IMG/VR virus record: IMGVR_UViG_3300021356_000002
Length of the DNA: 64,000 bases
From: a virus
Strand: one strand, 5' to 3'
The position numbers and the translations under genes were made by a program. Position 1 is the first letter of the stretch, and every line of letters begins with the position of its first letter. This document shows positions 36,666 to 46,505 of the stretch, piece after piece. The notes beneath the pieces were generated by a model that saw only the letters and a program-made list of their open reading frames with translations, made no database searches and was not told the DNA's origin.

Positions 36666-38139
36666 CTATTTGTGTTATCTTGTAAGGAAATTTTTCGTTA
36701 TTGTAAATTTTAATTCTCTCAGCACTATGTAGCAGTGTGAAATTCTTTCGTGACTTCCAGTGTAAGTCATCGGCAATGTCAAACAAATGTGTGTCTGTGC
36801 CGTCATCAGATTTTCTTAATCCTCTTCCGATTGATTGTAAGACGCGGATCTGGCTTTTTGAAGGAGACGCAAATATAATGTTATGAATATTTTTGATGTT
36901 AATGCCAGTGGAGAAAGTACCCAGACTAGCGAGTATAATAGAATTCTTTTGCTTCTCCACAATATTCCTGATCTGTTCTCTGTCGCTGGTTTTGGTTTCG
37001 CCAGAAACGTAAAAGAGTCTTTGTCCATCTTTTAACTTTGTTTCGATCAAATCCCGCAACACCTTGCCATGACGATCCACCAAGTTAAATAAAACCAACG
37101 TATTTCCGTTCCGATCGACCGCAAGGTTTGAAATGAATTTGTTTCGTCGCTCGTTTGAGACGATGAAGTCAATTTCTTCTTGATAGGTCTTGCCCTCCAT
37201 TTCTTTACACTGTTCTTTAGAATACTGAAGCAATAGTATATCTATATCAAGTTTAGCCAGTGTGTCTTTCTGCTGAAGTTCATGCGTTGTAGTCACACGA
37301 TGAACAGGACCAAATAAACCCTCAAGCACCAATTTGTGCACTTGTGTGCCGTCAAGTGTGCCCGTTGTGCCGAATCGATACTCAGCGTTTACAGCCTTAT
37401 TCATAATCGATGAGAGCGATTTCGATTTGAATCCGTGCACTTCATCACCAAAGATACAGCCAAATTCATGGAACCACACAGGGTGCAGTTTATAGATGGA
37501 CTGCCACGTTGTTATGACTATATCTTTGTCTGTCTCTTTGTCTTTGCCACTGTAGATTCTATGGCAATTATTGTCAACATCAAACCCATAATCTTTGAAG
37601 TCTGAGTACATCTGCTCTACAAGAGATGTTGTAGGAACAATCAGCAGAATCTTTTTACCCGCCTGTCGATTCTCTAAGTACCATCGCATCAACATGTAAA
37701 TGATAAAAGACTTACCAGAGCCAGTAGGTGACAACAGAATCGCTCGACGATACTTGATTGCATGTGTGAGTGCTTCGTACTGATAGTCACGTGGCTTGTA
37801 AGGCATATCGAGCGAGTCAAGCCACTCAATTGTTTTGAGGTGATTTACTTTGTTGGTCGCGTATGGATAGCCGTATGGACCTTCTTCGACCTTAATACCA
37901 TAGCCGCGCTCCATCGCAAACTTTTTGATTGCCCAGTACAAGCCCGCATTGATTTGCCCAGTAGTTCGATCAAGCATACGAATCTTGCCGTCCCAAACTC
38001 TGCGCTTGACAGCAGGCATGAACTTAGCGCCGGGCACTTCGAATGTGAAATGCTCGGACAGTTCAGTGACTATGTGTGGCGAACACTCCGTCAATTGAAG
38101 CATCGCATAGTCTTTCATTCGTAACTTAATTACTTCCAC
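36658..38139 (-). CDS. uvsW: SF2 DNA helicase UvsW
   Basis: PRDYQ, SPTGSGKS, DEVH, TGT and QSIGRGLR. Confidence 0.96.
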   Translation of the reverse strand: MEVIKLRMKDYAMLQLTECSPHIVTELSEHFTFEVPGAKFMPAVKRRVWDGKIRMLDRTTGQINAGLYWAIKKFAMERGYGIKVEEGPYGYPYATNKVNHLKTIEWLDSLDMPYKPRDYQYEALTHAIKYRRAILLSPTGSGKSFIIYMLMRWYLENRQAGKKILLIVPTTSLVEQMYSDFKDYGFDVDNNCHRIYSGKDKETDKDIVITTWQSIYKLHPVWFHEFGCIFGDEVHGFKSKSLSSIMNKAVNAEYRFGTTGTLDGTQVHKLVLEGLFGPVHRVTTTHELQQKDTLAKLDIDILLLQYSKEQCKEMEGKTYQEEIDFIVSNERRNKFISNLAVDRNGNTLVLFNLVDRHGKVLRDLIETKLKDGQRLFYVSGETKTSDREQIRNIVEKQKNSIILASLGTFSTGINIKNIHNIIFASPSKSQIRVLQSIGRGLRKSDDGTDTHLFDIADDLHWKSRKNFTLLHSAERIKIYNNEKFPYKITQIGV

Positions 38140-38405
38140 AGGTGCGGATTTTTCTCTGCGTCACGGAATGTTATTGCAGTGATGAAGAACGCACCAAGTA
38201 GCACAAGATGCCCGGCAACACTGTAGATGCCGTAATAAATTGTCCAGCCTGCCCAGAATGTAAACGCCACTGTCCACATCACAGACAGATAGAACATGAG
38301 AATGAACTGAGTCAACTCGTTCGGTATGTGTCTCAGTGGATTTATTTTCAAATTAAAAAAGAACTCGTACAAGTCTCTTACCGCATAACCAATCTTACTG
38401 ATCAT
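38130..38405 (-). CDS. Small membrane protein
   Basis: Two transmembrane segments; NPLRHIP motif. Confidence 0.7.
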   Translation of the reverse strand: MISKIGYAVRDLYEFFFNLKINPLRHIPNELTQFILMFYLSVMWTVAFTFWAGWTIYYGIYSVAGHLVLLGAFFITAITFRDAEKNPHLWK

Positions 38406-38537
38406 TTTTCCATCCTTGCTTTCGCCATCGATCCAATGTTTCTTGGTGGATCTCGTTCTGTGAATAATACATTGTTATGCCACCGAATACCATCGGGCAC
38501 ATAAACACTGCAAGTAGTCCTAGTAGTCCTACGTCCA

Positions 38538-38990
38538 TTAGAATCCTGCCTCAAACTTTTTCCAGTCAATCATATTTTTGATGGTTGAGTGGCGCCACTT
38601 GACATGATCTAATATTTCTTTGAGAGTATCCACTACCTCTTTTATATATGCTATCTTTCCCTCGCTGGCTATGATCTCTGGATCACTGTTGTAGTAGTAA
38701 TCCATCTCGCCTTTGAGAATTTTTAGACCGTCAAACGGATCAGGATTCCAGCCCTTTTCGATAACAGTCTCTACTGGCATTTTACCGTTGTAATAAAGCC
38801 ACTTGTCTTTCAGCAAAATCTTCTGTTTAAACTCAGCGTCTTTGAGTTTCAATTTTGCGTTAGAATATAACTCAAGATACTTCGCATGAAGTCTTGGCGT
38901 TTCTTGCGAAGAGACATCAAGTTTGTTATACTCTAGTTGTGAATCTTGCTTCCACTCTTGTAGAATCGATTCTAAATTCATAATATACAC
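38538..38990 (-). CDS. uvsY: Recombination mediator UvsY
   Basis: LHAKYL and IKNMIDWKKFEAG; syntenic position. Confidence 0.92.
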   Translation of the reverse strand: MYIMNLESILQEWKQDSQLEYNKLDVSSQETPRLHAKYLELYSNAKLKLKDAEFKQKILLKDKWLYYNGKMPVETVIEKGWNPDPFDGLKILKGEMDYYYNSDPEIIASEGKIAYIKEVVDTLKEILDHVKWRHSTIKNMIDWKKFEAGF

Positions 38991-39024
38991 CTACTGTATG
39001 ATAAGATACACGAAGTGTATTATA

Positions 39025-39534
39025 TCACACTAGCTCAAAATAATCAAATCGGAAAGATGCAGGAAATGTGATATATTGTCCGTCTTGGGTTGCGGCAAAC
39101 GTCACATCTCCTAGACTAGTCGGCAATGCGTTTGTGTACCGAATTGTTCTTGAAATATTGTTATGGCTTGTCAGCACTGAGATTCGAATGTCGCAGTACG
39201 AGGCTTGAGCGTCTGCGTCGGTCGTGCGCATTCTACCAGTATTTGCTTTGTGTTCTTCTTCAACCAGTCGCTTCATCCAGTCGTAGATTTCTTGATAAAC
39301 GTTCATGTTCTCGTCCATCAGAATGTCCATAGACACAGTGCCGAATGACAGCGTATCACCTGGCGTGACAATATTGCCCACTCTTCGATAAGGCACCTCA
39401 GTCGCATTCATGTCCATAGAAGGGTGTTGCACCTGCTGTGCAAAAAACTGAATGTTTGGATAGTTCTTTCGATCAAGCGCGACTTTAAAGCCTGTCGGCG
39501 CAAGATACGTAGGATCACATGTGAAGTCAGCCAT
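39025..39534 (-). CDS. 3: Tail completion / tube terminator (T4 gp3-like)
   Basis: YLAPTGFK, PGDTLSF, DENMNVY, PTSL and FRFDYFE; has a late promoter. Confidence 0.8.
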   Translation of the reverse strand: MADFTCDPTYLAPTGFKVALDRKNYPNIQFFAQQVQHPSMDMNATEVPYRRVGNIVTPGDTLSFGTVSMDILMDENMNVYQEIYDWMKRLVEEEHKANTGRMRTTDADAQASYCDIRISVLTSHNNISRTIRYTNALPTSLGDVTFAATQDGQYITFPASFRFDYFELV

Positions 39535-39564
39535 CGGTATTCCCAAGTAGTTTATAAGCCTTAC

Positions 39565-39578
39565 TATTTATATAAATA
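39565..39578. promoter_or_regulatory. Back-to-back late promoters (TATTTATATAAATA)
   Basis: Perfect palindrome giving TATAAATA on both strands between divergent genes. Confidence 0.8.
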
Positions 39579-39650
39579 ATATCGACCGCACAAGGATAAA
39601 GCGTGAGTGATATGGCAGCTAGGAACGCCGGGGTCAAATGAGGAACTATT

Positions 39651-40034
39651 ATGTTCAAATACTTGTTCGCGTTAATCGCACTAACGCCGCTCACCGTGCT
39701 TAGTGCTACAGTTATTAACTACGATGATGGTTCAACATACACTCTTGAAGATAATCAAGAGATTTATATCAGCACGCCGAACAGTGCTTTGTTTAAGCGT
39801 TCTATTATGAAAAACAAAGACACTTTTTTTCGTGTTCAAGAGCCTTGGACAAAACGTGACTATGTACCAGATCCGGACGGAACTGATACTATGGTCGTAG
39901 GCTCTCATGAGTGGTGCAAAGCTTATGTACCGTGGCATGAAGGTCTAACTTTTGATATGATTGCATGGCAACGTTTCTGTGACACCGATAATGATGGTGA
40001 CTATGACGAAGACGATGATCGTTGGGATGAATAA
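39651..40034 (+). CDS. Exported protein with a C-terminal DxDxDG Ca-binding-like motif
   Basis: GAGGA RBS, signal peptide, VINYDDGSTYTLE and CDTDNDGDYDEDD. Confidence 0.8.
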   Translation: MFKYLFALIALTPLTVLSATVINYDDGSTYTLEDNQEIYISTPNSALFKRSIMKNKDTFFRVQEPWTKRDYVPDPDGTDTMVVGSHEWCKAYVPWHEGLTFDMIAWQRFCDTDNDGDYDEDDDRWDE

Positions 40035-40036
40035 GT

Positions 40037-40059
40037 AAAGGGGCGAAAGCCCCTTTTTT
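40037..40059. terminator. Bidirectional rho-independent terminator
   Basis: AAAGGGGC-GAAA-GCCCCTTTTTT between convergent genes. Confidence 0.9.
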
Positions 40060-40060
40060 A

Positions 40061-40405
40061 TTATCCAGAGCAAGTCCCACCGAAGCCAAGTTCATCACAT
40101 GGCTGTGTTTCTTCTTCAGGTTCTTCTTTTGGAGGACAAGAAACATGACCAAAGCCTAAGCCCGTTTCGCACTGATCAATTTCAGTTTGAGTAGGTCCAG
40201 TGTAATCTCTTTTTGACCATGGTTTCAATCGTTTGATTGATAGCCAGTTGTTGAGACCACCTGTGGCTTTGAACACTCCTTTATTAGAAATGTAAACTTC
40301 TTGCCCGGTTTCTAGTGTGTAGGTTGATCCGTCATCATAATAGATCACAGTATCAGCCGCAACATTTATGGATGCAAACATAGCAAATGCTAAAACATAT
40401 TTCAT
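40061..40405 (-). CDS. Exported protein, paralog of 39651..40034
   Basis: AGGAG RBS, signal peptide, VIYYDDGSTYTLE and two C-x(3)-LGFG-x(2-3)-C repeats. Confidence 0.8.
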   Translation of the reverse strand: MKYVLAFAMFASINVAADTVIYYDDGSTYTLETGQEVYISNKGVFKATGGLNNWLSIKRLKPWSKRDYTGPTQTEIDQCETGLGFGHVSCPPKEEPEEETQPCDELGFGGTCSG

Positions 40406-40476
40406 GCGTTCATCTCCTATTGAGTTAGCCTCTCCATGAGATGATGTCACCATCCGTGGCATTCGTATTTATGCAT

Positions 40477-40502
40477 AAAAAAAAGGGAGCCTTGCGGCTC
40501 CC
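40477..40502 (-). terminator. Rho-independent terminator after gp23
   Basis: GGGAGCC-GCAA-GGCTCCC followed by T8; same hairpin as 5218-5235. Confidence 0.9.
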
Positions 40503-40537
40503 CAAAAATGATCTCTTGAGAGATTCTTTTTATTGTA

Positions 40538-41896
40538 TCAGGCGAGGATGTTGTCCACGCGGAAGATACGGTAGTACTGGTTAGTACGGTTAGACGCAAG
40601 ACCGTCTGCAGGCGAGCTACCCACGAATGGGTTAGAAGCCATGCCGTAACGAGTCTTAAAGCCGATCCGTGGCTGGAAGTCATTCTCGCCAACCGCACGT
40701 ACCATCTGGAGAGGTACGTATGGGCAGTAGAATACGCCAGCGTCATATGGGTTAGTACCCTTGTAGCCAACAGTTACGTAGTCAGCAACGGCATACGGAT
40801 CGATGTAGACGCGAGTACGTCCGTTCAGTACACCAGCGAAGGTGTTACCAGTGTCATCGACTTGCAGGTTAGTGCTGAGTGCAGGAGCGTAGTCGAGCAT
40901 ACCAGCCGCAACAAGTGCAGTAGCAACATCAGAAGAACAAACGATGATGTTGCCCTTACCGCGACGAGTTTCTTTCGCGATTACGTTCGCTTCGCGCTCA
41001 AGTTGAACCAACAGACCCTTGAACTTCTCAACAGACCAACGACCATCTGCGTCAGTGCTAAGATCGAAGATACCAGCAGTCTGGAGACCAGCTTGTCGGC
41101 AACCAATCTTGGCTTGAGCATTGATAGTACGGATGATCTCGCGGTTGATTTCGGCGAGGATCTCAGTAGACAGAATGTTAGCCAGCTCTGTCTCAGCGTC
41201 AAGACCGTGAATTGCCTTCAAGTCTTGAGCCAGTTCAAGGCTGTATTCTGCTTTCAGCGCACGAGACTTTGCAGTCACGGTTGCCTTCTCGATGGTGAAG
41301 CCCATCTCTGCAAATGCAGAACCGGTAGAACCGAGTGCTTCAGCATCAGCAGTTGGCATAGCACCGCCAACGCTTGGTACGTAAGACGAACCAGAGTCAA
41401 CGATAGAAGAGTCATCGTCCGTATCGCTTACGCCAGACAGACCAGAAGGACCGCCAGACTGAGATACAGAAGAGTCGCCTGAGAACGGAGTGATTGCTTC
41501 GTTGAACAATGCTTCGTCACCAGTCGTTGCACCACCACGAGTAGTCTTGTAGTTGCTCTTCATAGCGAAGATCAAACCAGTAGGACCAGTCATGGGCTGA
41601 ACGCCTGCGAGATCGTAAGCCATGAGGTTAGGCATAGCGCGACGAACCAGAGCGATCAGTACGGGGTTCCAGTTAGCACCAGTTACGCCAGCCGCGGCGC
41701 CAGTTGCGCTGAAGTTGGTGTTAGTGGGTGCTTCGTTAATGATTCCGGCTTCTTCACGGAATGCTTGCTCTTGGTTCTCAAGAACAGCCGCCGTTACAGC
41801 CTTACGGTGATGATCTTGGATCTCACCAGCAGACGTTTCCTCGAGAACTGGGCTCCACTTCTCGATGAGTTTGTCATAAGATACTTGAACAGTCAT
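40538..41896 (-). CDS. 23: Major capsid protein (gp23)
   Basis: GVQPMTGPTGLIFAM, KSRALKAEYSLELAQDLKAIHGLDAE and FQPRIGFKTRYG. Confidence 0.99.
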   Translation of the reverse strand: MTVQVSYDKLIEKWSPVLEETSAGEIQDHHRKAVTAAVLENQEQAFREEAGIINEAPTNTNFSATGAAAGVTGANWNPVLIALVRRAMPNLMAYDLAGVQPMTGPTGLIFAMKSNYKTTRGGATTGDEALFNEAITPFSGDSSVSQSGGPSGLSGVSDTDDDSSIVDSGSSYVPSVGGAMPTADAEALGSTGSAFAEMGFTIEKATVTAKSRALKAEYSLELAQDLKAIHGLDAETELANILSTEILAEINREIIRTINAQAKIGCRQAGLQTAGIFDLSTDADGRWSVEKFKGLLVQLEREANVIAKETRRGKGNIIVCSSDVATALVAAGMLDYAPALSTNLQVDDTGNTFAGVLNGRTRVYIDPYAVADYVTVGYKGTNPYDAGVFYCPYVPLQMVRAVGENDFQPRIGFKTRYGMASNPFVGSSPADGLASNRTNQYYRIFRVDNILA

Positions 41897-41907
41897 CTTA
41901 GTACTCC

Positions 41908-42945
41908 TTACTTATTAGATTTTTTGATGGCGGAAAGGTACATGTCCATCACAGAAGAAACTTCTTGTGTGCTTGTACCCCAGTCTTCAACAATCTCTTC
42001 TTCAGTCGCAGAAACTTCCTTCTTAAAGTAAGACTCCTTAACAGTCTTAACCTTCTGAGAGAAAGAATCTTCGTCTTCGAAATCAAGAGAATCTACCAAA
42101 GACTTTAGCTTTTCTACTTGAGTCTCAGCGAGATCACGAGAGGCTTCACGAATGATTGCCTCACGCTGATAAGTCTCAACGCGCTCAGACATTTCAAGCA
42201 TTGATGCAGTTTGAGTGTTAAGCTTTTCTTCAAGCTCTTCAACAGACTGCGCGAGTTCATCAACTAGGTCAACTTTAGACTCAGGAACTTCGATGTAAGA
42301 CTCAAGGAACAGATCCTTCAGTTTGCCCATGAAATCTTCAGCGATTTCAGTGCGCAAGCCAGTCTCAACAGCGAGTTTGTTTTCCTGCATCCAGTTCTCA
42401 ACAACGTAGTTGAGGTAGCTATCAACCTTCTCAACGAGGTCGGTGCGAGTAGCATCGAGTTCTTCGTCAAGTCGAGTTTGATATTCATCTTCTAAGCGTT
42501 CGATTTCCTCGGACAGCTTAGAACGAATAGCAGTTTCAAAGATCACAGCAGTTTTCGCTTTAAACTCATCAGACAAAGTTGCTTCGCTTTCTACAAGAGA
42601 GTCGAGTTCATCGGTGTACGAAAATTCGGGCAATTCAATTGCTTCGCCATCTTCGTCCACTTCAACACCTTCCATCTTGCTGTACACAGCATGAAGGTCT
42701 GCTTTTTTCATTGCAGACAGTTTGCCGTACATAGCGTTTAGCATTCCTGCTTTGGTCTTAGGCATCGGATCCTGCTTAGATTGATCCCCTTTACGAGCGG
42801 GAGCCTTCTTAACAGGAGCGTCAGTCTTATCTACAGACGCAATAGATTCGTCTTCTGTACCAACAGGCATCTTCTGAGCACTTGCTTCCTCGATTTGGTT
42901 GTCCTCATCGATAGGAAGCTCAACATTTTGGTCTAGATCAGACAT
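41908..42945 (-). CDS. 22: Prohead core scaffold (gp22)
   Basis: LSDEFKAKTAVIFETA and VDSYLNYVVENW; syntenic position. Confidence 0.93.
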   Translation of the reverse strand: MSDLDQNVELPIDEDNQIEEASAQKMPVGTEDESIASVDKTDAPVKKAPARKGDQSKQDPMPKTKAGMLNAMYGKLSAMKKADLHAVYSKMEGVEVDEDGEAIELPEFSYTDELDSLVESEATLSDEFKAKTAVIFETAIRSKLSEEIERLEDEYQTRLDEELDATRTDLVEKVDSYLNYVVENWMQENKLAVETGLRTEIAEDFMGKLKDLFLESYIEVPESKVDLVDELAQSVEELEEKLNTQTASMLEMSERVETYQREAIIREASRDLAETQVEKLKSLVDSLDFEDEDSFSQKVKTVKESYFKKEVSATEEEIVEDWGTSTQEVSSVMDMYLSAIKKSNK

Positions 42946-42950
42946 ATGTT

Positions 42951-43616
42951 TTACTCCTTAAAGTTTGATTTGAGCAACGAGAGGAAATTTTTGTACTCAC
43001 GAACTTGCGTCTCATAGAGATGCTTTGTCGGAGCCGATTTAATTTCAGTCTCCATTTTTTCAATTTCTTGTGCTTGAATAACACCGTTTTCCCAAACCCA
43101 CTCGACGCCTTCCATAATACCATTAACGAAGGCTGCCGGCGCAGACGGATCTTGTACGATATCGACAGTATTTAAAATAAAGTCTTCTCGTACGTACATA
43201 GTGCCATTCTTTTGCTCAAGACTACCCATGCCACGAGTTGACACGCCTAGTTGAACGCCACCATCAAGCAATCCCTTAACGATCTTGCCCATTGGAGTAT
43301 CCAATATTTGTGCCTTTCCTACCACATCATTGCCTTCGAATCGAAGATCAGTGATGAGGTGAGAAACTTTATCCAAGTTAACAGTAGGACCTTCGGGATG
43401 ATTCAGTTCACCCACAGCCCGCTTCTTGTTAACTTGTGTATCAACGTACGTTTTTACAGCTTTTTCCATAATGGGTCGAGGGTAAACACGTCCGTTTCTA
43501 TTTTTCTGTTCTGCTTGCGCGAAGATACCTTCAATCATATAAGACTTTTCTCCGCTCTCGTTCTTCTCAACAAGACACGTCAAATCGTTTTCATGATATT
43601 CGGTAATAAGTTTCAT
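42951..43616 (-). CDS. 21: Prohead protease (gp21)
   Basis: NRNGRVYP, GELNHP, GVSTRGMGS and DIVQDPSAP. Confidence 0.96.
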   Translation of the reverse strand: MKLITEYHENDLTCLVEKNESGEKSYMIEGIFAQAEQKNRNGRVYPRPIMEKAVKTYVDTQVNKKRAVGELNHPEGPTVNLDKVSHLITDLRFEGNDVVGKAQILDTPMGKIVKGLLDGGVQLGVSTRGMGSLEQKNGTMYVREDFILNTVDIVQDPSAPAAFVNGIMEGVEWVWENGVIQAQEIEKMETEIKSAPTKHLYETQVREYKNFLSLLKSNFKE

Positions 43617-43823
43617 TTACATTTCCTTAGCGAAAGCTACACCCATCTTCTCAGCTTCTTTCTGAGAACGATAAGTGTCTAGTTTGTCACCGTCAATATA
43701 GACAGTGAATCCTTTTTTATCTTTGTGAATCATCACCGTGTGGCGATTCACTTTCTTATCGAAGACATGCTCACCTGCTGGCATTTTTTTCTTCGCTTCG
43801 CGGATGCTCTTAAACGTCTTCAT
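43617..43823 (-). CDS. Small head-cluster protein
   Basis: Start MKTFKSIREA at an ATGA overlap; phage FxxIxE cleavage-type N-terminus. Confidence 0.65.
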   Translation of the reverse strand: MKTFKSIREAKKKMPAGEHVFDKKVNRHTVMIHKDKKGFTVYIDGDKLDTYRSQKEAEKMGVAFAKEM

Positions 43824-44464
43824 AAGTTTTCCAGTTTTATCAGAAACATATTCCATTCGCCTGAGATTTTGATTCTTCGTTCGGCTGTCTTGGTCAACCA
43901 AGCCCATTGCTCTTTTGACCAGTTGCCGTCTGACTCAACAATAATCGCACGTTTTGCGTATGGTTTAAATTTCTTCAACACCTCTTCTGTTCTGTGATGT
44001 GTATCCGCTTGATACACAGGAAAAAACCTATCTAAAATAACATGATCAAAATACGTTTTACAATTGCGTATTTCAAAATCATCACTTAAAATGTCATTAC
44101 ATCTGTAACTGATTTGAATGCCAAGCATGTCTCGTATCTTTTCACAGCACTCATATTGATAATCCCATTCGCATGAACTGATCGTCAACTGTTCGTGGTT
44201 CAATTTATTAGCATACTCTAAATGACCACATGCTGTTCCCATGTTCAAAAACGCTTCGGACTTTCCGACGTATTCTATGATACTTCTTACGATCATCTCT
44301 TTTAATTTGAGTTGATCTACATGTCCTCTTGCATTCATATATTGGACTGTGCTAAAATTGGCAGGCTTATCAATGTATCTGCCTTTGTTTCCCATCACTT
44401 CATAGAGATGGGCGTTAGCAACTTTTTCCAATAATTTAATTACTTTATCAGTTACCTTTGACAT
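43820..44464 (-). CDS. SAM-dependent methyltransferase-like protein inserted in the head operon
   Basis: FLNMGTACGHLE (motif I), SSCEW and FDHVIL; visibly AT-richer than its flanks. Confidence 0.6.
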   Translation of the reverse strand: MSKVTDKVIKLLEKVANAHLYEVMGNKGRYIDKPANFSTVQYMNARGHVDQLKLKEMIVRSIIEYVGKSEAFLNMGTACGHLEYANKLNHEQLTISSCEWDYQYECCEKIRDMLGIQISYRCNDILSDDFEIRNCKTYFDHVILDRFFPVYQADTHHRTEEVLKKFKPYAKRAIIVESDGNWSKEQWAWLTKTAERRIKISGEWNMFLIKLENL

Positions 44465-44480
44465 TTTGTCTCGTGTTATT

Positions 44481-44488
44481 TATTTATA
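44481..44488 (-). promoter_or_regulatory. Late promoter TATAAATA
   Basis: Exact consensus in an intergenic region. Confidence 0.75.
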
Positions 44489-44500
44489 AAATAATGATTT

Positions 44501-44860
44501 TTAAACAGGCGCAACGAGGTCTTCCTCGTCATCGTCTTCCACTTCAAGTTCTTCCTCATCATCGATTTCTAAGTCTAAATCGTCGAGACTAACTTCTTCG
44601 TCATCAAGTTCTAATTCAGGCTCTTCTACTTCTTCAGCCTCCTCTGACTCCTCTGGCTCTTGACCAAGAGACGCCGCAATTCTTGCTTTGGCTTGATCCA
44701 AAGTATCTTGCAAACGATCACCGACCATATCATTAAACTGTCGCTCAGCCTGAGTGAAGTTTTGATCTTCAATCGCTTTCAAAAAATCTTCAACTGGCTT
44801 AGAGTCAGTTTCAATAGGTTCTGCTTGCAGTTCATCAACTACTACATCTTCGTCAGACAT
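44501..44860 (-). CDS. Acidic prohead core protein (gp67-like)
   Basis: Very acidic; directly downstream of the portal gene. Confidence 0.7.
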   Translation of the reverse strand: MSDEDVVVDELQAEPIETDSKPVEDFLKAIEDQNFTQAERQFNDMVGDRLQDTLDQAKARIAASLGQEPEESEEAEEVEEPELELDDEEVSLDDLDLEIDDEEELEVEDDDEEDLVAPV

Positions 44861-46446
44861 TATTTTTCCTCATCTTTTGGTTCATCGGGAACAACTTGAA
44901 CAGGTACAGGCTTAGGCGCCTCGGGTTCTTGTTGTTCTTCGTCATCTTTATCTTCAATTTCGCCGTCTTTGGTTTCTTGATCGATCTCTTTTTTCATCGC
45001 TTCTAGATCATCGTCGGTCATACGTAAGACGTTACGCATAACCCATTCTTTCGAATAGTACTCACCAACAAACTGAGTAATTTCATTCATAATGCCGATG
45101 CGTTCGCGAAGAATCTCCATTTCTTTCAGTTCGGTAAAGTGGTTGTCTTTTACGAAGTCAACATAGATGTTGTCTTTCCACTCTTCCCAATCTTGCTCAG
45201 TGATAATACCTTTGAGCATGAGTTGTTTCTTGAGAATACCCAAGAATACCCAAGAGAATCGTCTGCGAAGCCGATCAATGAATTTTTGGAACTTAACCTC
45301 ATCTCTAGAAATTTCAGTCGATCTGCCGAGCGAGAACTGTGCTTCTTGCTCTAAACGATTCACTGGGACATTCAGAGAGCGATACAGTCGCTTCTGGAAA
45401 TAGATGATGTCATCTATCTGTCCCAGATTCTCGCCGCCTGGCAGTGTTGTGATCTCTGTTCCACGTCCGTTCTCTCGGCGTGGCAGCCAGAAGTCTTCAA
45501 GCATTGACATGTGCTTGCGATCATCTTTGATCTGACCAGTGTTTGCATCGTACACTAATTTGTTTCGATACTTCGACATGATGTCAGACATATACTGCTC
45601 GGCTTTACCACGAGGCAGAGAGCCTACATCAATGTAAAAGATTCGACGTTCGGGTGCACGTGCGAGACGATAGATGACCAACGAGTCTTCCATCATGCGC
45701 AACTGGTTAATAGGCTTCAGTGCCTTATGAAGATGCGAAACAACTTTCTTTTTTGTCTCATCCAACAGACCACTAGTGACATAACTGATCGAGTCATTAG
45801 ACAGTTTTACACCAGTTTGCGTGTTGCCTGGCTTGTCTTCGTAGATGTAGTATTCATCAACTTTGTCTACGACCTTAACGCCAGTTGCTGGATCTTTCTT
45901 GTACTTGACTTCACGCACTTTTCGAATGCGAGTTGAGTCGATGTTTCGAATCTCTTGAATGCCTGCTTTTGGCTGTGCGTCATTGACAAGAAGGTGATGA
46001 TAAATGCGACCGTCTACGTACCAAGACCTAAAGATTTCGTGACCGATCTCATTGAATCGGAGCATACCGATAATGTTTTCAAACTCTTCACGAATCTGCT
46101 CTTTGATCTTTTCACCAGCTTCAATGTCATCAAGTGAAATTTCTACAGAAGATGATAGTTCAGAAGCAGAAATGCCTTCGTTGACGATTTCGTCAATTGC
46201 CATATCTACTTCAGGATGCATGGCTACACCACGATAGCGCAAAACGAGATGATGGTTGTCTTTCGACTCATCTCCATCCATATTAATGTACTGACCAAAA
46301 TGACCCGCCGTCGCAGTTACATAACCCGCGCCGTCAGCGTCAGTTGGAGGGACAATAGACTGTAACTTCTCTTTGTCCTTTTCGTCTTTTTTGGCTCGCT
46401 TAATTTCGAAGCCAAAAATTTTCAATGTGTTTACGTTATCTGCCAT
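44860..46446 (-). CDS. 20: Portal protein (gp20)
   Basis: WYVDGR, RAPERRIFYIDVG and MLEDFWLPRRENGRGTEITTLPGG. Confidence 0.98.
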   Translation of the reverse strand: MADNVNTLKIFGFEIKRAKKDEKDKEKLQSIVPPTDADGAGYVTATAGHFGQYINMDGDESKDNHHLVLRYRGVAMHPEVDMAIDEIVNEGISASELSSSVEISLDDIEAGEKIKEQIREEFENIIGMLRFNEIGHEIFRSWYVDGRIYHHLLVNDAQPKAGIQEIRNIDSTRIRKVREVKYKKDPATGVKVVDKVDEYYIYEDKPGNTQTGVKLSNDSISYVTSGLLDETKKKVVSHLHKALKPINQLRMMEDSLVIYRLARAPERRIFYIDVGSLPRGKAEQYMSDIMSKYRNKLVYDANTGQIKDDRKHMSMLEDFWLPRRENGRGTEITTLPGGENLGQIDDIIYFQKRLYRSLNVPVNRLEQEAQFSLGRSTEISRDEVKFQKFIDRLRRRFSWVFLGILKKQLMLKGIITEQDWEEWKDNIYVDFVKDNHFTELKEMEILRERIGIMNEITQFVGEYYSKEWVMRNVLRMTDDDLEAMKKEIDQETKDGEIEDKDDEEQQEPEAPKPVPVQVVPDEPKDEEK

Positions 46447-46463
46447 ACGTATTCCTAAAAAAT

Positions 46464-46499
46464 TATATAAGGGAGCCCGAAGACTCCCTTATATTTAGT
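46464..46499 (-). terminator. Hairpin after gp19, overlapping a late-promoter variant (ACTAAATA)
   Basis: ATAAGGGAG-N-CTCCCTTAT stem followed by an AT-rich run. Confidence 0.55.
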
Positions 46500-46505
46500 A
46501 CACCA

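Noticed and set aside
39582-39635. Resemblance of the leader (CGCACAAGGAUAAA...AUGGCAGC) to a c-di-GMP-I riboswitch
   Set aside because: Too short, with no GNRA tetraloop stem or receptor; kept only as an unspecified structured leader.
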